This document shows positions 1 to 9,960 of a stretch of 35,276 nt of DNA, in pieces. The stretch is taken from IMG/VR virus record IMGVR_UViG_3300011334_000418, positions 1-35,276 of that record. The stretch is one strand, 5' to 3'. The translations under genes were made by a program, and so were the position numbers. The DNA is from a virus (Duplodnaviria > Caudoviricetes). The notes under the pieces were generated by a model. The model was not told the DNA's origin, ran no database searches, and was given only the letters and a program-made list of their open reading frames with translations. Numbering within the stretch: position 1 is the first letter of the stretch; each line of letters opens with the position of its first letter.

Positions 1-49
1 GGCAATTACACGCAAAGTGAATTGCCAAAGGGGGGGTGTTAACCCTTTG
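1..49. other. Candidate cos/packaging-proximal region with inverted repeats
   Basis: GGCAATT (1-7) / AATTGCC (20-26) and CAAAGGG / CCCTTTG inverted repeats. Lies between the HNH gene at the window end and terS, the usual cos position in HK97-like phages. Confidence 0.45.
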
Positions 50-171
50 TGTGGGTTTCAAACCCTTTTTGCGTGGGGAATTCCCGTTTGCGTAAGGGTT
101 AGCCTTTACGCCGAATACGGTTTGGGGTTAACATTCGTTCATTAACAGAAAAAAACACGAAGGCATTAACA

Positions 172-636
172 ATGAACAAACTTCCGGGCGAATTGCATTT
201 AATCAACGGTTCCAAAGGGATGAACCAAGGCGGGCTTTTGCCCGAATCGGTGCGTGGGCGTATTCCAATTGCGGAATGGATGAACAATCCGGAAGCATGG
301 GATAAAGATGCGTTTGTTACCGAAACCGCCGAATTTATGTTTGCGGTTTATGGCATTGGTTCCGAACAAGACAGGCACACCCTTGCCATGCTTGCGGATC
401 ACATTGATACATACATTGAGTGCAACAAATATATTGCGGCGCAAGGTTTGGTGGTGGAATTTAACGAAGGCAAAACACTAGGTGCAAACCCTTATGTAAC
501 CATCCGCAAACAAACCCTTTCGTTAATCTTACAGTTGATGAACGAAATGGGATTGACCGCACGAAGCCGATTTGCCAAAACCAAAGTGGAAGAAGATTCG
601 CCCGCCGCGAAATTTTTGCGTGGCGTAAAAGGTTAA
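172..636 (+). CDS. terS: Terminase small subunit (P27 family-like)
   Basis: Motifs 'ANPYVTIRKQ' and 'MNEMGLTARSR' are typical of P27-type TerS; first gene of the packaging module. Confidence 0.85.
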   Translation: MNKLPGELHLINGSKGMNQGGLLPESVRGRIPIAEWMNNPEAWDKDAFVTETAEFMFAVYGIGSEQDRHTLAMLADHIDTYIECNKYIAAQGLVVEFNEGKTLGANPYVTIRKQTLSLILQLMNEMGLTARSRFAKTKVEEDSPAAKFLRGVKG

Positions 637-639
637 CAA

Positions 640-819
640 ATGTACGGTTGTTATAACCGCGCTGAATTTAAGCGCGAAGTAATTGTGCAAGAAGGTTCAA
701 CCGATGGCAAATGGAAACAAATAACAATTCCGTTTGTTATGTCTGAAACCTGCCAATACACACTTTCCAATTTGGGCAAGGTTGATCCCAAATGCAACGG
801 TTGCAGGTGGAAACAATGA
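640..819 (+). CDS. Small Cys-containing hypothetical protein (59 aa, not in ORF track)
   Basis: Read by hand: MYGCYNRAEFKREVIVQEG...PKCNGCRWKQ*. Starts 3 nt after the terS stop and has an ATGA overlap with the next ORF. Confidence 0.65.
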   Translation: MYGCYNRAEFKREVIVQEGSTDGKWKQITIPFVMSETCQYTLSNLGKVDPKCNGCRWKQ

Positions 820-1019
820 CACAAGATAAAATTATTGAAATGGCTAGACAAGTTGCAAGACAACCTAACAGGATTTATGCGCCTGATGAAAAAGAATTTT
901 TGTATTACTTTGCCAAAATGGTAGAAAAACAAAAATTAAATGAAGTTGCCGCCGCTTGTGAACGCTTGCCGTTTGGCGATACCGCACAATCATTTGCCGT
1001 TTGGATTCGTCAACAATGA
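816..1019 (+). CDS. Hypothetical protein
   Basis: ATG at 816 (MTQDKIIEMARQ); ATGA overlaps at both ends. Confidence 0.65.
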   Translation: MTQDKIIEMARQVARQPNRIYAPDEKEFLYYFAKMVEKQKLNEVAAACERLPFGDTAQSFAVWIRQQ

Positions 1020-2683
1020 ATTGGCAAGATGGCATTGCGTATGCCCATTCGGTTGCCAAGGGCGAAATCAATGTTTGCCGCGATGTTCGGTTGGCTTGCC
1101 AACGGTTCATTAACCAATACGAAAACAAAGAATGGGAATATGTTTTTGATCCCGATTACCCGCAACACATATTGGAATTTGCCGGTGCACTAAAACATAC
1201 CAAGGGTGTATTTGCCGGGCAATCGGTGGTACTTGAACCGTTCCAAATCTTTTTCCTTTGTGCGGTTTACGGGTTTCGATTTAAGAAAGATCACAACCGC
1301 CGCATGGTTACGGATGTGATTTTGTTTATTCCCCGCAAGGCAGGTAAATCCACCCTTACGGCGGTGATCGGTTTGTACGAATTAATTTGTGGCGAACCGG
1401 GCGCGGAAGTATTTACCCTTGCAACAAACCGGGAACAAGCAACCATTGTGTTTGATGCATCCAAAGGTTTTGTGGAATCCATGCCCGGTGATGTGGGTGG
1501 GTTGTTCAATGTATCCAAATACGAAATTAAAAAGGTTGGCGATTCCCAATCCATGTTTAAGGCGTTAAGCCGGGACACCAAGAAAACGGGCGATGGAAAA
1601 AACCCTTCGTGCGTAATCATTGATGAAGCCGCGCAAATCGTGGATCGCAATTCCATTGAAGTTTTACATTCGGGTATGGTGGCGCGGGCGAACCCTTTGC
1701 GTATATACATCACAACCGCATCGTTTACAAAAGAAACCAAGTTTTACGAAGATATGGATTTGTACCGTTCCATGTTGAACGGCGAAGCAAGCGATAATCC
1801 AAGGTGGTTTGGTTTGTTGTACGGGCTTGATCCCCAAGATGATTGGAAAAACCCGGACACATGGCAAAAAGCCAATCCGATGCATGGCATAAGTGTTTTT
1901 ACCGAAGCCATTGCGGAACGGGCAATACAAGCCGAAAGCAAACCCGCAACCCTAAACGAATTTCTTTGCAAAACCTTAAATGTGTTTGTTTCCGCAAATT
2001 CGGCATGGATTGACCGCGCCCATTGGGATGATCCCGTTTGTTTAATTAAAGAACCGCGCCAACCGGAAGCGGTATTTGTTGGCTTTGACCTTGCGGCAAC
2101 GCGAGATTTGAACGCCGCTTGTTTTTTGAAAAGATTTGCTGATGACGATTACGAAACAGAATGGAAGTTCTTTTTGCCGGAAGAAGGTTTTAACCTTATT
2201 CCTAAACACTACCAAGATATATTTCGGGTTGCCGTTGATTCGGGAATCTTAAAATTAACGCCGGGCAATGTGATGGATGATCGGGAAATTTCCGATTACA
2301 TCATTACCCGGTGCGGTGAATTCCAAAATGTAAAAGAAATTGGATACGATGCGTATAACGCCGCATCCCTTGTTGCCCGCTTGCATGAAGCCGGATTGCC
2401 TGTTAAAAAGGTGGGGCAGGGTATGGCGGTTCTTAACAATCCATCCAAACAAGTTGAACGGTTAATACTTCAAAAACAAATCAAGCACGATGGCAACCCG
2501 TTTGTTGGGTGGCAATTGGGCAATTGTGAAGTTTACGAAGATGTAAACGGAAACATCAAGATTCGTAAAAATGAAGCAGATAAATCCGCAAAAGTTGATG
2601 GAATCATTGCAATGATTATTGCCATGCATTGCGCGTTGGACAATCCATCGCTTTCAAATAGTTGGGGATTTCGTGCGTTTTAA
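1016..2683 (+). CDS. terL: Terminase large subunit
   Basis: Walker A 'IPRKAGKST', Walker B 'VIIDE', nuclease motifs 'GFDLA', 'IGYDAYNA' and 'KVDGIIA'. Probable start is ATG 1016. Confidence 0.96.
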   Translation: MNWQDGIAYAHSVAKGEINVCRDVRLACQRFINQYENKEWEYVFDPDYPQHILEFAGALKHTKGVFAGQSVVLEPFQIFFLCAVYGFRFKKDHNRRMVTDVILFIPRKAGKSTLTAVIGLYELICGEPGAEVFTLATNREQATIVFDASKGFVESMPGDVGGLFNVSKYEIKKVGDSQSMFKALSRDTKKTGDGKNPSCVIIDEAAQIVDRNSIEVLHSGMVARANPLRIYITTASFTKETKFYEDMDLYRSMLNGEASDNPRWFGLLYGLDPQDDWKNPDTWQKANPMHGISVFTEAIAERAIQAESKPATLNEFLCKTLNVFVSANSAWIDRAHWDDPVCLIKEPRQPEAVFVGFDLAATRDLNAACFLKRFADDDYETEWKFFLPEEGFNLIPKHYQDIFRVAVDSGILKLTPGNVMDDREISDYIITRCGEFQNVKEIGYDAYNAASLVARLHEAGLPVKKVGQGMAVLNNPSKQVERLILQKQIKHDGNPFVGWQLGNCEVYEDVNGNIKIRKNEADKSAKVDGIIAMIIAMHCALDNPSLSNSWGFRAF

Positions 2684-2714
2684 GTTATTATTGCAATAAC
2701 TTCGGGGGTAAAAC

Positions 2715-4112
2715 ATGGGAATTTTGGACATTTTCAAGGGTAAAAAGCCGGTAACAACGGAATCAAACACCGTTCTTGGGCAAACCCAACTTGGTAACCA
2801 AGTTATTTATGGACTATCCCAACAAGGTAAAACATCCCAACAATTACTTTATGTAACCACTTCAAGCCAAACAACGGCGGGGCGGCAAGTTGATTTATCA
2901 ATGCTTACCCGTAATTCAACCATTATGGCTTGCGTGGGCGCAAAGGCAAGAACACTTGCACAATTGCCAAAAGCGGTAATGCTAAAAATGGATGATGGCA
3001 CTTTTGTTGATGCCCTTAAATCTGATTTGACAAGTGCGCGAGATAAAGCAAAAGCCAAACAAGTTTTGAATTTGCTTTATGCGCCAAACAATTTCCAAAA
3101 CGCATACGAATTTTGGTATCAATGGAGTATGTGGCAAGATTTGACCGGGGAAACATTTACCCTTTGGTGGCGCAAAGATCAAAAAGATCAAATGCAAACC
3201 CCAACGGAAATGTATAACTTGGATTCCACCCTTATTACGGTTGGTATTTCCGAAACCCGTTACCCTTATTACCGCCTTTCAACGCCTTGTTATGGTTTAA
3301 CCAAAGAACAACCGCTTGAATATTGGATGGTGATGCATACTAAAGAAGCGGCGTGGCAAGGTTCATCCGGCTTTAACAAAGGTATTCTTGCGGCTGAATT
3401 GGTGGGCTTGGATCAAGATATTGATTTGTACGCCAATTACATTATGCAAAACGGCGCAAAACCTTCCGGTATGTTTACAACCGATCAAGTGATTCCGGAT
3501 GCCAAATATAAAGAAATTGCTTCCCGCTTAAAAGAAGCATGGACAAATATGCTTGGTTCGCGTAATCAAGATTTAAGCAAGCCCGGACAAGGGATGTTGT
3601 TAGATCAAGGCATGAAATACACCGCAATTGATATGTTAACGCTTCAAGATGCCGAAGCCGCCGCATTGAAGATGCAAACCATGAAGCGTATTTGCGGTTT
3701 GTTTGGTGTTCCACCCGCAATGTTGGGTATTGGCGATTCCAAATATAACAACACCCAAACGCAATTGGATGAATTCTATAAAACAACTATGTACCCAATG
3801 GTAATCAATGTTGAACAAAAATTGAATCAACATTTGTTGCGTGGGTATCCAAACTTGGTTATTCGGTTTGATACCAAGGAATTTTTAAAAGGCGCGGTGT
3901 TGGATCAAGTTAACTTTGTTAATACTGCCGTAAACGGCGGCATAATGACACCAAACGAAGCCCGCGAATATCTGAACATGGCAAAAATGAATGACGCGGA
4001 TGAATTAAAGCAAGAACCCGCAAAAGGTGATTCCTTGCCGGGACAAAGCCCGCAGGATACCGGCGGTGGTGGTGGCAATCAGAAATTAAAAGCCAACATT
4101 GGTAAAACATGA
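2715..4112 (+). CDS. HK97-family portal protein
   Basis: 'QNGAKPSG', 'RICGLFGVPPAMLG', 'GIMTPNEARE'; follows terL. Confidence 0.95.
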   Translation: MGILDIFKGKKPVTTESNTVLGQTQLGNQVIYGLSQQGKTSQQLLYVTTSSQTTAGRQVDLSMLTRNSTIMACVGAKARTLAQLPKAVMLKMDDGTFVDALKSDLTSARDKAKAKQVLNLLYAPNNFQNAYEFWYQWSMWQDLTGETFTLWWRKDQKDQMQTPTEMYNLDSTLITVGISETRYPYYRLSTPCYGLTKEQPLEYWMVMHTKEAAWQGSSGFNKGILAAELVGLDQDIDLYANYIMQNGAKPSGMFTTDQVIPDAKYKEIASRLKEAWTNMLGSRNQDLSKPGQGMLLDQGMKYTAIDMLTLQDAEAAALKMQTMKRICGLFGVPPAMLGIGDSKYNNTQTQLDEFYKTTMYPMVINVEQKLNQHLLRGYPNLVIRFDTKEFLKGAVLDQVNFVNTAVNGGIMTPNEAREYLNMAKMNDADELKQEPAKGDSLPGQSPQDTGGGGGNQKLKANIGKT

Positions 4113-4291
4113 AAATCTTTAATAGAATAATGGCAACATTTGCTTCCCAATTAAAGAAATCAAATGTTAAACTACCAAGTAAAAGCGAAAAGCCCCACAA
4201 GATACAAGACGATAACCAATCAATTCACAATGGGGTGATACATGAAAAATTTGAACCTAGTTTGCGAAGCAAAGTTAAGCGTACCAAGTAA
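4109..4291 (+). CDS. Possible small basic hypothetical protein
   Basis: ATGA overlap with the portal stop, but overlaps the protease gene by 50 nt. Confidence 0.3.
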   Translation: MKIFNRIMATFASQLKKSNVKLPSKSEKPHKIQDDNQSIHNGVIHEKFEPSLRSKVKRTK

Positions 4292-5039
4292 CGCAAACGA
4301 AAGTGCCGCCAATCCTTCCGGGCTTATGGAAGCCCGCGTAACCACATGGGGTGCGCGTGAAGGTGCAGATGGTCGCAAGTTCAATTACCAACCCGAAGGT
4401 TTCATGGAATGGGCAACCGAATTCATGGAATCCGGCAAACCGCTTCCAATGTTTTTAAACCATAACGATATGGGTATGCCGGTTGGCGAATGGAACGAAT
4501 TTGTATTTGACAAAGAAGGCATGACCGCCAAGGGCAAATTGTTCTTGAATACAAGCGCGGGCAATGACCTTTACACCGTATTAAAAGAAAGCCCCGATTT
4601 GTTTGGCGGCGTTTCCGTTGGCGCGTATGCCGAAGAAGCGTGTTGGGTTGATACCGATGGCAACCCAATTGTTTCCGGTGATGATGATGCCGAATCATAT
4701 TTTCAAATCACCAAAGGTGGTTTGCGCGAAGTTAGCGTGGTAATGTACCCAAACAATCCCAATGCGGAAATTCACAAGTTGGAAGCCTTTGATACCGAAG
4801 GCAATGCCAATCCGCGAGTAATCGAAAAACTACTGCGTGAAGCAGGGGTTTCCCGAAAAGATGCAACCACCGCATCTTCAATCTTGAAAAAACTTTTGGC
4901 TTTGCGTGATGTGAAGCCCGAAGCAAAGCAAGAAGCCCCAATTGCGCGTGATGCGGATGCGGTGGATCAAGAAGCCGCCCAACTACTTCGTGCGTTTGAA
5001 TTGCGCGAATTAGAAAAGGCACTATCAAAACGCATTTAA
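4242..5039 (+). CDS. HK97-family prohead protease
   Basis: 'PMFLNHN...PVGEW', 'GVSVG', 'LREVSVVMYPNNPNA'; lies between portal and capsid genes. Confidence 0.93.
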   Translation: MKNLNLVCEAKLSVPSNANESAANPSGLMEARVTTWGAREGADGRKFNYQPEGFMEWATEFMESGKPLPMFLNHNDMGMPVGEWNEFVFDKEGMTAKGKLFLNTSAGNDLYTVLKESPDLFGGVSVGAYAEEACWVDTDGNPIVSGDDDAESYFQITKGGLREVSVVMYPNNPNAEIHKLEAFDTEGNANPRVIEKLLREAGVSRKDATTASSILKKLLALRDVKPEAKQEAPIARDADAVDQEAAQLLRAFELRELEKALSKRI

Positions 5040-5054
5040 AAAAGGAAATGCAAA

Positions 5055-6377
5055 ATGTCTATCGAAAAAATCATTGAAAAGGTTGATGCAATTGAAGTGG
5101 CAAACCAAGCCAAGATTGTTGAAGCCGTTGAAGCCGTAAAAGCAGAATTTGAAGAAAAGATTTCTACCCTTGAAGCCAAGGTTGCGGAAGTTAAAGCCCC
5201 TCAAATCATCCAATCACCTGCAAAAAGTGTTAAACAAGATGTGAACCGCATGGTTCGTGAACAAATCCGCGATTTCACCAAATCTTCAAAAGGTTTGGAA
5301 AAAGAAATTAAGATTTGGGAATCTGTGGATCAATACGATGCATACCTAAAAGAAGCAAGCGCATTGACCGGTTCCGGCGCGGGCGTTGGTGGTCGTGTTG
5401 CTTACGATCCCGTATTCCATGTGATGCGTTTGGCTAACCCAATGCGCGGTTTGTCGCGCAATGTGTCAACCGATGGCGCACAATACACTTTCCGCGCCAA
5501 AACAGGCAACGCGGGTGCGGCATGGGGTTATGCAATCAATAACAACGGTTCCGGCACTACTGAAAGCACAAACATTTGGCAATTGAATTTGCAAGATATT
5601 AATGTGCAATTCCCAATCCGTACCGCCGCTTTGGATGATATTGATGGTTTGGAAGCCAATGTGGTTGACGATATGCTTGTGGAATTCTCGCAAGTTGAAG
5701 GTCAATCAATGATTCAAAACAACGATCAATCCGGCACAACCACCACTTCAACAGGTGGAACAAACGGCTTGCGTGGTTTGAATTACTATCCCGGCGCAAA
5801 CAGTTCATATACAGGTGGTACAACTTCCGCTTATGCTTTTGGCACAAGTGGTACAGGTGCAACCGCCGGTTTGAATAGCATTGCAACTTACGATCAAATC
5901 ACAACAAACGGTTTTGCAAGCGCAAACAATGTTAAGTATGCGGATTTGATTAACTTCTTGCACGCTTTGCCACAACAATATTGGTCAAATGGCAACAAGT
6001 GGATGATTTCACCTTTGATGCTTGCCGGTATTCGCGGTTTGGTTGATGACAACGGCACACCTGTGTTTGAAAGAATGTCCCCATTGGTTTACGATGGCAT
6101 CGTTGGCAAGTTGCTTGGTTACGATGTTGTTGTTAACAACTATGTTGATGCGCCTACCGCTTCCGGTGGTTCCGCAGGTACTACAAGCAAGTACCCAATG
6201 TATTTTGGTGATTTCACACGCGGACACACAATCGTTGATCGTTTGAATATGGTATTGCGCCGTTACGATCAAACCGCACCGGGCTTTATCACTTTCTACG
6301 GTGAAAAACGCCTTTGTGCATCGAATGTCGATCCTGCCGCAATCATCCGTTACCGTTCAACCGCAACGGGCGCGTAA
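5055..6377 (+). CDS. Major capsid protein, HK97 fold, with N-terminal coiled-coil delta domain
   Basis: About 100 aa charged helical N-terminus; 'GKLLGYDVVVN', 'MYFGDF', 'ITFYGEKR'; strong RBS AAAGGAAA. Confidence 0.93.
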   Translation: MSIEKIIEKVDAIEVANQAKIVEAVEAVKAEFEEKISTLEAKVAEVKAPQIIQSPAKSVKQDVNRMVREQIRDFTKSSKGLEKEIKIWESVDQYDAYLKEASALTGSGAGVGGRVAYDPVFHVMRLANPMRGLSRNVSTDGAQYTFRAKTGNAGAAWGYAINNNGSGTTESTNIWQLNLQDINVQFPIRTAALDDIDGLEANVVDDMLVEFSQVEGQSMIQNNDQSGTTTTSTGGTNGLRGLNYYPGANSSYTGGTTSAYAFGTSGTGATAGLNSIATYDQITTNGFASANNVKYADLINFLHALPQQYWSNGNKWMISPLMLAGIRGLVDDNGTPVFERMSPLVYDGIVGKLLGYDVVVNNYVDAPTASGGSAGTTSKYPMYFGDFTRGHTIVDRLNMVLRRYDQTAPGFITFYGEKRLCASNVDPAAIIRYRSTATGA

Positions 6378-6392
6378 TAGCAACAAAGGAAT

Positions 6393-6415
6393 GGGGGGCT
6401 TACGCCCCCCTTCTT
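6393..6415 (+). terminator. GC hairpin / weak intrinsic terminator between the two capsid genes
   Basis: GGGGGGC-TTAC-GCCCCCC followed by TTCTT. Confidence 0.6.
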
Positions 6416-6449
6416 GAATGAATATTGAAGGCATAAAGGAAAAAAGCAA

Positions 6450-7691
6450 ATGAAAAATACCGCCATTCTTAACGGCATCAAGGAAGCACTAACCAACGGG
6501 GAAGCAACCGTTAACCTGCGCGAAGCAAGTTCCCTTACGGGTTCGGGGCTTGATGCGGGTGGTCGCGTAATTTACGATGATGCGTTTGCTTCTTTGCGTT
6601 ATGCCAACCCAATTCGTATGGGGGCGCGACAAATTGCAACCGATGGTTCGGCACAAGCGTTTGTTGCAAAAACAGGTAATGCAACATTGGTTCAAGATAT
6701 TGCCGTTGTAACCGGCGCAATTTCAACAACCACACTTACAGTTTCCGCAGTAACTTCCGGCACATTGCGTGTTGGTCAATACATTACCGGTACAGGTGTA
6801 ACCGCCGGTACAACAATTACCGCACTTGGTACAGGTACGGGCGGTACAGGCACTTACACCGTAAGCGCAAGCCAAACCGCTTCTTCCACTACCATTACCG
6901 CGCAATCAAACCCTTGGGGTTATGCCATCAACAACAATGGCGGTTCACCCGATATTGCAACAACTTTTTGGCAATTGCCGGTGCGCGATATTAACGCAAG
7001 CCTTCCAATTCGTACCGCAGTTCTTTCCGATATTGATTCATTGGAAGAAGCGGTTGCGGGCGATTTGCTTTTGGAATTGTCGCAACAAGAAGGTTTGTCG
7101 ATGGTTCTTAACAATGACCAATCCGCAAGCACAACTTACGCTTATGGCGCAACAAGTGGTTTGCGTGGTTTAAATTCATACCCCGGTTCCACAAGCGCGG
7201 CGGCATTTGGTTCAAACGGTTCCGCAATCACCAACGGGCGGCATACTGTGTTGCAAGTTGAATTGGCAACCGCAACCGCCGTTGTATATGATGATTTGGC
7301 AAACTTGCAAGCGGCTTTACCGGCGCAATATCTTTACAAGCCAACAACCGCATGGATGATGCATCCAACGACAATCCAAGCGTTGCGTAAATTGAAGGCA
7401 TCCACAAGCGCAAACAACTTCTTGGAAGTTGGTGATGATGATGGCGGCGCGGTGGTTTACATTTTTGGGCATCGCGTAATTCCAAACCCATATATGCAAG
7501 TTGCGGCATCGGGCGCGTTCCCGGTTTACCTTGCAGAATGGGAACGCTTCGTAACCATTGCGGATTACGGCGTAATTGACATTAAGCGATTCGATCAAAG
7601 CGCACCGGGCTTCGTAACCCTGTTTGCTGAAAAGCGCGTTTGCAGTTCCATCCTTGATGTTTTTGCGGGTGTTCGTTTAGTCGGCGCATAA
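6450..7691 (+). CDS. Second HK97-fold capsid protein paralog with inserted Thr/Gly-rich domain
   Basis: Collinear with 5055-6377 (EASx[39 protein letters not shown]); short N-terminus; insertion at 6684-6914. Confidence 0.9.
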   Translation: MKNTAILNGIKEALTNGEATVNLREASSLTGSGLDAGGRVIYDDAFASLRYANPIRMGARQIATDGSAQAFVAKTGNATLVQDIAVVTGAISTTTLTVSAVTSGTLRVGQYITGTGVTAGTTITALGTGTGGTGTYTVSASQTASSTTITAQSNPWGYAINNNGGSPDIATTFWQLPVRDINASLPIRTAVLSDIDSLEEAVAGDLLLELSQQEGLSMVLNNDQSASTTYAYGATSGLRGLNSYPGSTSAAAFGSNGSAITNGRHTVLQVELATATAVVYDDLANLQAALPAQYLYKPTTAWMMHPTTIQALRKLKASTSANNFLEVGDDDGGAVVYIFGHRVIPNPYMQVAASGAFPVYLAEWERFVTIADYGVIDIKRFDQSAPGFVTLFAEKRVCSSILDVFAGVRLVGA

Positions 7692-7702
7692 GGGGCTAAA
7701 TT

Positions 7703-8380
7703 ATGGCGGTTGAAAATATGACACTTGCCCCGTACTATTCGGGGACAAGAAATCCGTTCAATTATGAAAAGGTTGAACAAATTAACCGCGATATTTCAAC
7801 CGGTTGGTTAACGCTTGATGAAATAACGCAACAACTTAACTTGTTCCAAGACGAATCGCAAGATGCGTATTTGGAAAGCCTTGAATTGGCAACCCGCATG
7901 GCAATCGAAGATTTCCTTGGGTTCGCCATCTTTTCAACGCAATACCGTTGTTACTATGGCGATCCGGGTTTAAACGGTTCATCAATTTATTTGGATTTGC
8001 CGGAAGTTGCAACCACATACCAAGGGCAAACCCCGGCGGTAACCATCAATTCGGTGGAATATTGGACAGGCACAACCGGCGCAACCAAAAACCTTTTGGC
8101 GGTTGGCAACTACTATTACGATCCAACGGGTAACCGCGTGGTTGTACCAAGTGGATTACCAAGCCCATTGGCACAAAACATTGCCAACCCGGTGCAAGTT
8201 ACTTACACCATCAACCAATCTTTTGCGGCGCAATATCCCGTTGTAAAACAAGCGGGCTTGATGTTGCTTACCCATTTGTATAACAGTCGTTCAACGGTTG
8301 GTGATTCGGTGCAAATGAAAGCCGAAATACCGTTTGGCGTAACCATGTTGTTGCGCCCTTACAAACCTTTGGTGATGTAA
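7703..8380 (+). CDS. Head-tail connector (HK97 gp6-like)
   Basis: 'VKQAGLMLLTHLYNSR', 'IPFGVTMLLRPYK'; position after the capsid genes. Confidence 0.85.
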   Translation: MAVENMTLAPYYSGTRNPFNYEKVEQINRDISTGWLTLDEITQQLNLFQDESQDAYLESLELATRMAIEDFLGFAIFSTQYRCYYGDPGLNGSSIYLDLPEVATTYQGQTPAVTINSVEYWTGTTGATKNLLAVGNYYYDPTGNRVVVPSGLPSPLAQNIANPVQVTYTINQSFAAQYPVVKQAGLMLLTHLYNSRSTVGDSVQMKAEIPFGVTMLLRPYKPLVM

Positions 8381-8724
8381 TGACAATTAAGCGTTACGAA
8401 AATGTGGTGGTTAAAACCGTTACAAACGGCGTGGATAGCCTTGGCGAATACACAACCACCATTACAACTTGGTTTGAAACACGCGCTTTGGTAAGCGATG
8501 TGGCAAATTCCTTGCGTATTTCGGAACGATACCGCGTATATTCGGATTTAACGAATTTCACAATGAATTACACGCCAAACACAAAAACAATTGTGGATAA
8601 CCAAGACAATTATTCGTTTTTTTGGCGTGGCAAAGATTGGCGTATTACCGATTGTCGGGAAACCAATGATCGGCAGTTTGTTACCTTTCTTTGTTATCGT
8701 AACGATCCATCAACACCGGTATAA
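8380..8724 (+). CDS. Head closure / head-tail adaptor
   Basis: Size, position and 'FFWRGKDWRI' beta-strand pattern. Confidence 0.7.
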   Translation: MTIKRYENVVVKTVTNGVDSLGEYTTTITTWFETRALVSDVANSLRISERYRVYSDLTNFTMNYTPNTKTIVDNQDNYSFFWRGKDWRITDCRETNDRQFVTFLCYRNDPSTPV

Positions 8725-8727
8725 GAA

Positions 8728-9144
8728 ATGGCGAACCAAAACAATCCCGTTGATTACGCCGAAGCCATCCAATATGAATTGGTGGATACGGTTTCGCCCG
8801 TACCGGTTTATGCAAGTTTCAACCGGAATTATTCAAAAGAACCAAAATTTTTAACTTGGATGTTGCGTAATATTCATCAACCGGTTTACACCGGGCAAAC
8901 GCAATCCAACAAAGGCATTGATCGCCCGATATTTCAAGTGCATATTTATGCACAATCAATGTCGGATGCTTTCAATTTAAGCAACACCATATTACAATCG
9001 TTACATGGTTATTCGGGTCAATTTGGCGGCATTGGTGGCTTTTTTGTTGCCAAGGTTGATATAAGTTGGCTTTACAATACATACGACAATGAATTGGGGT
9101 TAAACCAAATTGTTTTGGATTGCACCTTGGACATTCCAACATGA
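8728..9144 (+). CDS. Tail terminator / tail completion protein
   Basis: 'FQVHIYAQS...ILQSLHGYSG'; immediately upstream of the tail tube gene. Confidence 0.7.
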   Translation: MANQNNPVDYAEAIQYELVDTVSPVPVYASFNRNYSKEPKFLTWMLRNIHQPVYTGQTQSNKGIDRPIFQVHIYAQSMSDAFNLSNTILQSLHGYSGQFGGIGGFFVAKVDISWLYNTYDNELGLNQIVLDCTLDIPT

Positions 9145-9182
9145 CAAGATTTTTTTTAACACTTTCAAAAAGGAAATGAAAA

Positions 9183-9701
9183 ATGGCACTTATTAACAAA
9201 GTCTTGCCGGGTTATGTTGCAACCCTTTGGTGTCAAGATGACCCAACCCCCACCCCATTGACAGATACGCAATTGGGTACATGGGCGCAAACAGAAACCA
9301 TTATTGGCACAAGTGCAGGTGGTACAGGTACGGCAGGTATTCAAGTTCCGGTTGAAGCCATCCCCGCATTTGGTTCCGATGATGCAAGCGCGGCTTATTC
9401 TGCCGCCGGTTTGCGTACCGGTTACAAAATCACAACCCAAAACCAAGTAACTTCACTTACGATTACTTCGGCTTGGAATCCTGCCGATCCCGCGCAATTG
9501 CTTATTCGTGATGATGGCGATTCCGGTTCAATCATTCGCACTTATGTGATTGCGGTTTACGATGGTACTAATACCGTTGCTTACGCTTTCAATGGTCGCG
9601 TTGGTGGTATGCAATGGGATATGTCACCAAGTGCCGAAGGTAAATTTACTTTCACAATCCACCCGGTAGGCGGCAATTCTTACGGTTGGTCAAACAGTTA
9701 A
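9183..9701 (+). CDS. Major tail (tube) protein
   Basis: Position, strong RBS, 172 aa beta-rich Thr/Gly protein, 'YAFNGRV'. Confidence 0.75.
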   Translation: MALINKVLPGYVATLWCQDDPTPTPLTDTQLGTWAQTETIIGTSAGGTGTAGIQVPVEAIPAFGSDDASAAYSAAGLRTGYKITTQNQVTSLTITSAWNPADPAQLLIRDDGDSGSIIRTYVIAVYDGTNTVAYAFNGRVGGMQWDMSPSAEGKFTFTIHPVGGNSYGWSNS

Positions 9702-9722
9702 CAAAACCGAAAACAACAAAAC

Positions 9723-9959
9723 ATGACAACACTAGATAACACAAAAAACAATTCGGAAGCGTTACTTAACTTCTTGATTACCCAAGCCAATTCCGGTTCA
9801 AAGAATTGGTTTGGGTTTCACGAACAACGCATTGCCGGAATTCATACCGCATACAAGATTGCGGAAAATCATGCCGACAAATTAACCCCCGATGAAGTTG
9901 CGGATTACGCTTTGCGCCTTAATAACGCAATCTTCCGTAAATTGGTAAAAGGGGAATAA
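9723..9959 (+). CDS. Hypothetical protein
   Basis: ORF tightly packed between the tail tube and chaperone genes. Confidence 0.65.
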   Translation: MTTLDNTKNNSEALLNFLITQANSGSKNWFGFHEQRIAGIHTAYKIAENHADKLTPDEVADYALRLNNAIFRKLVKGE

Positions 9960-9960
9960 C

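Noticed and set aside
6684-6914. Intein or intron in capsid gene 2
   Set aside because: In-frame insert with no Cys/Ser start plus His-Asn end and no splicing or homing motifs; composition is that of a structural beta domain.
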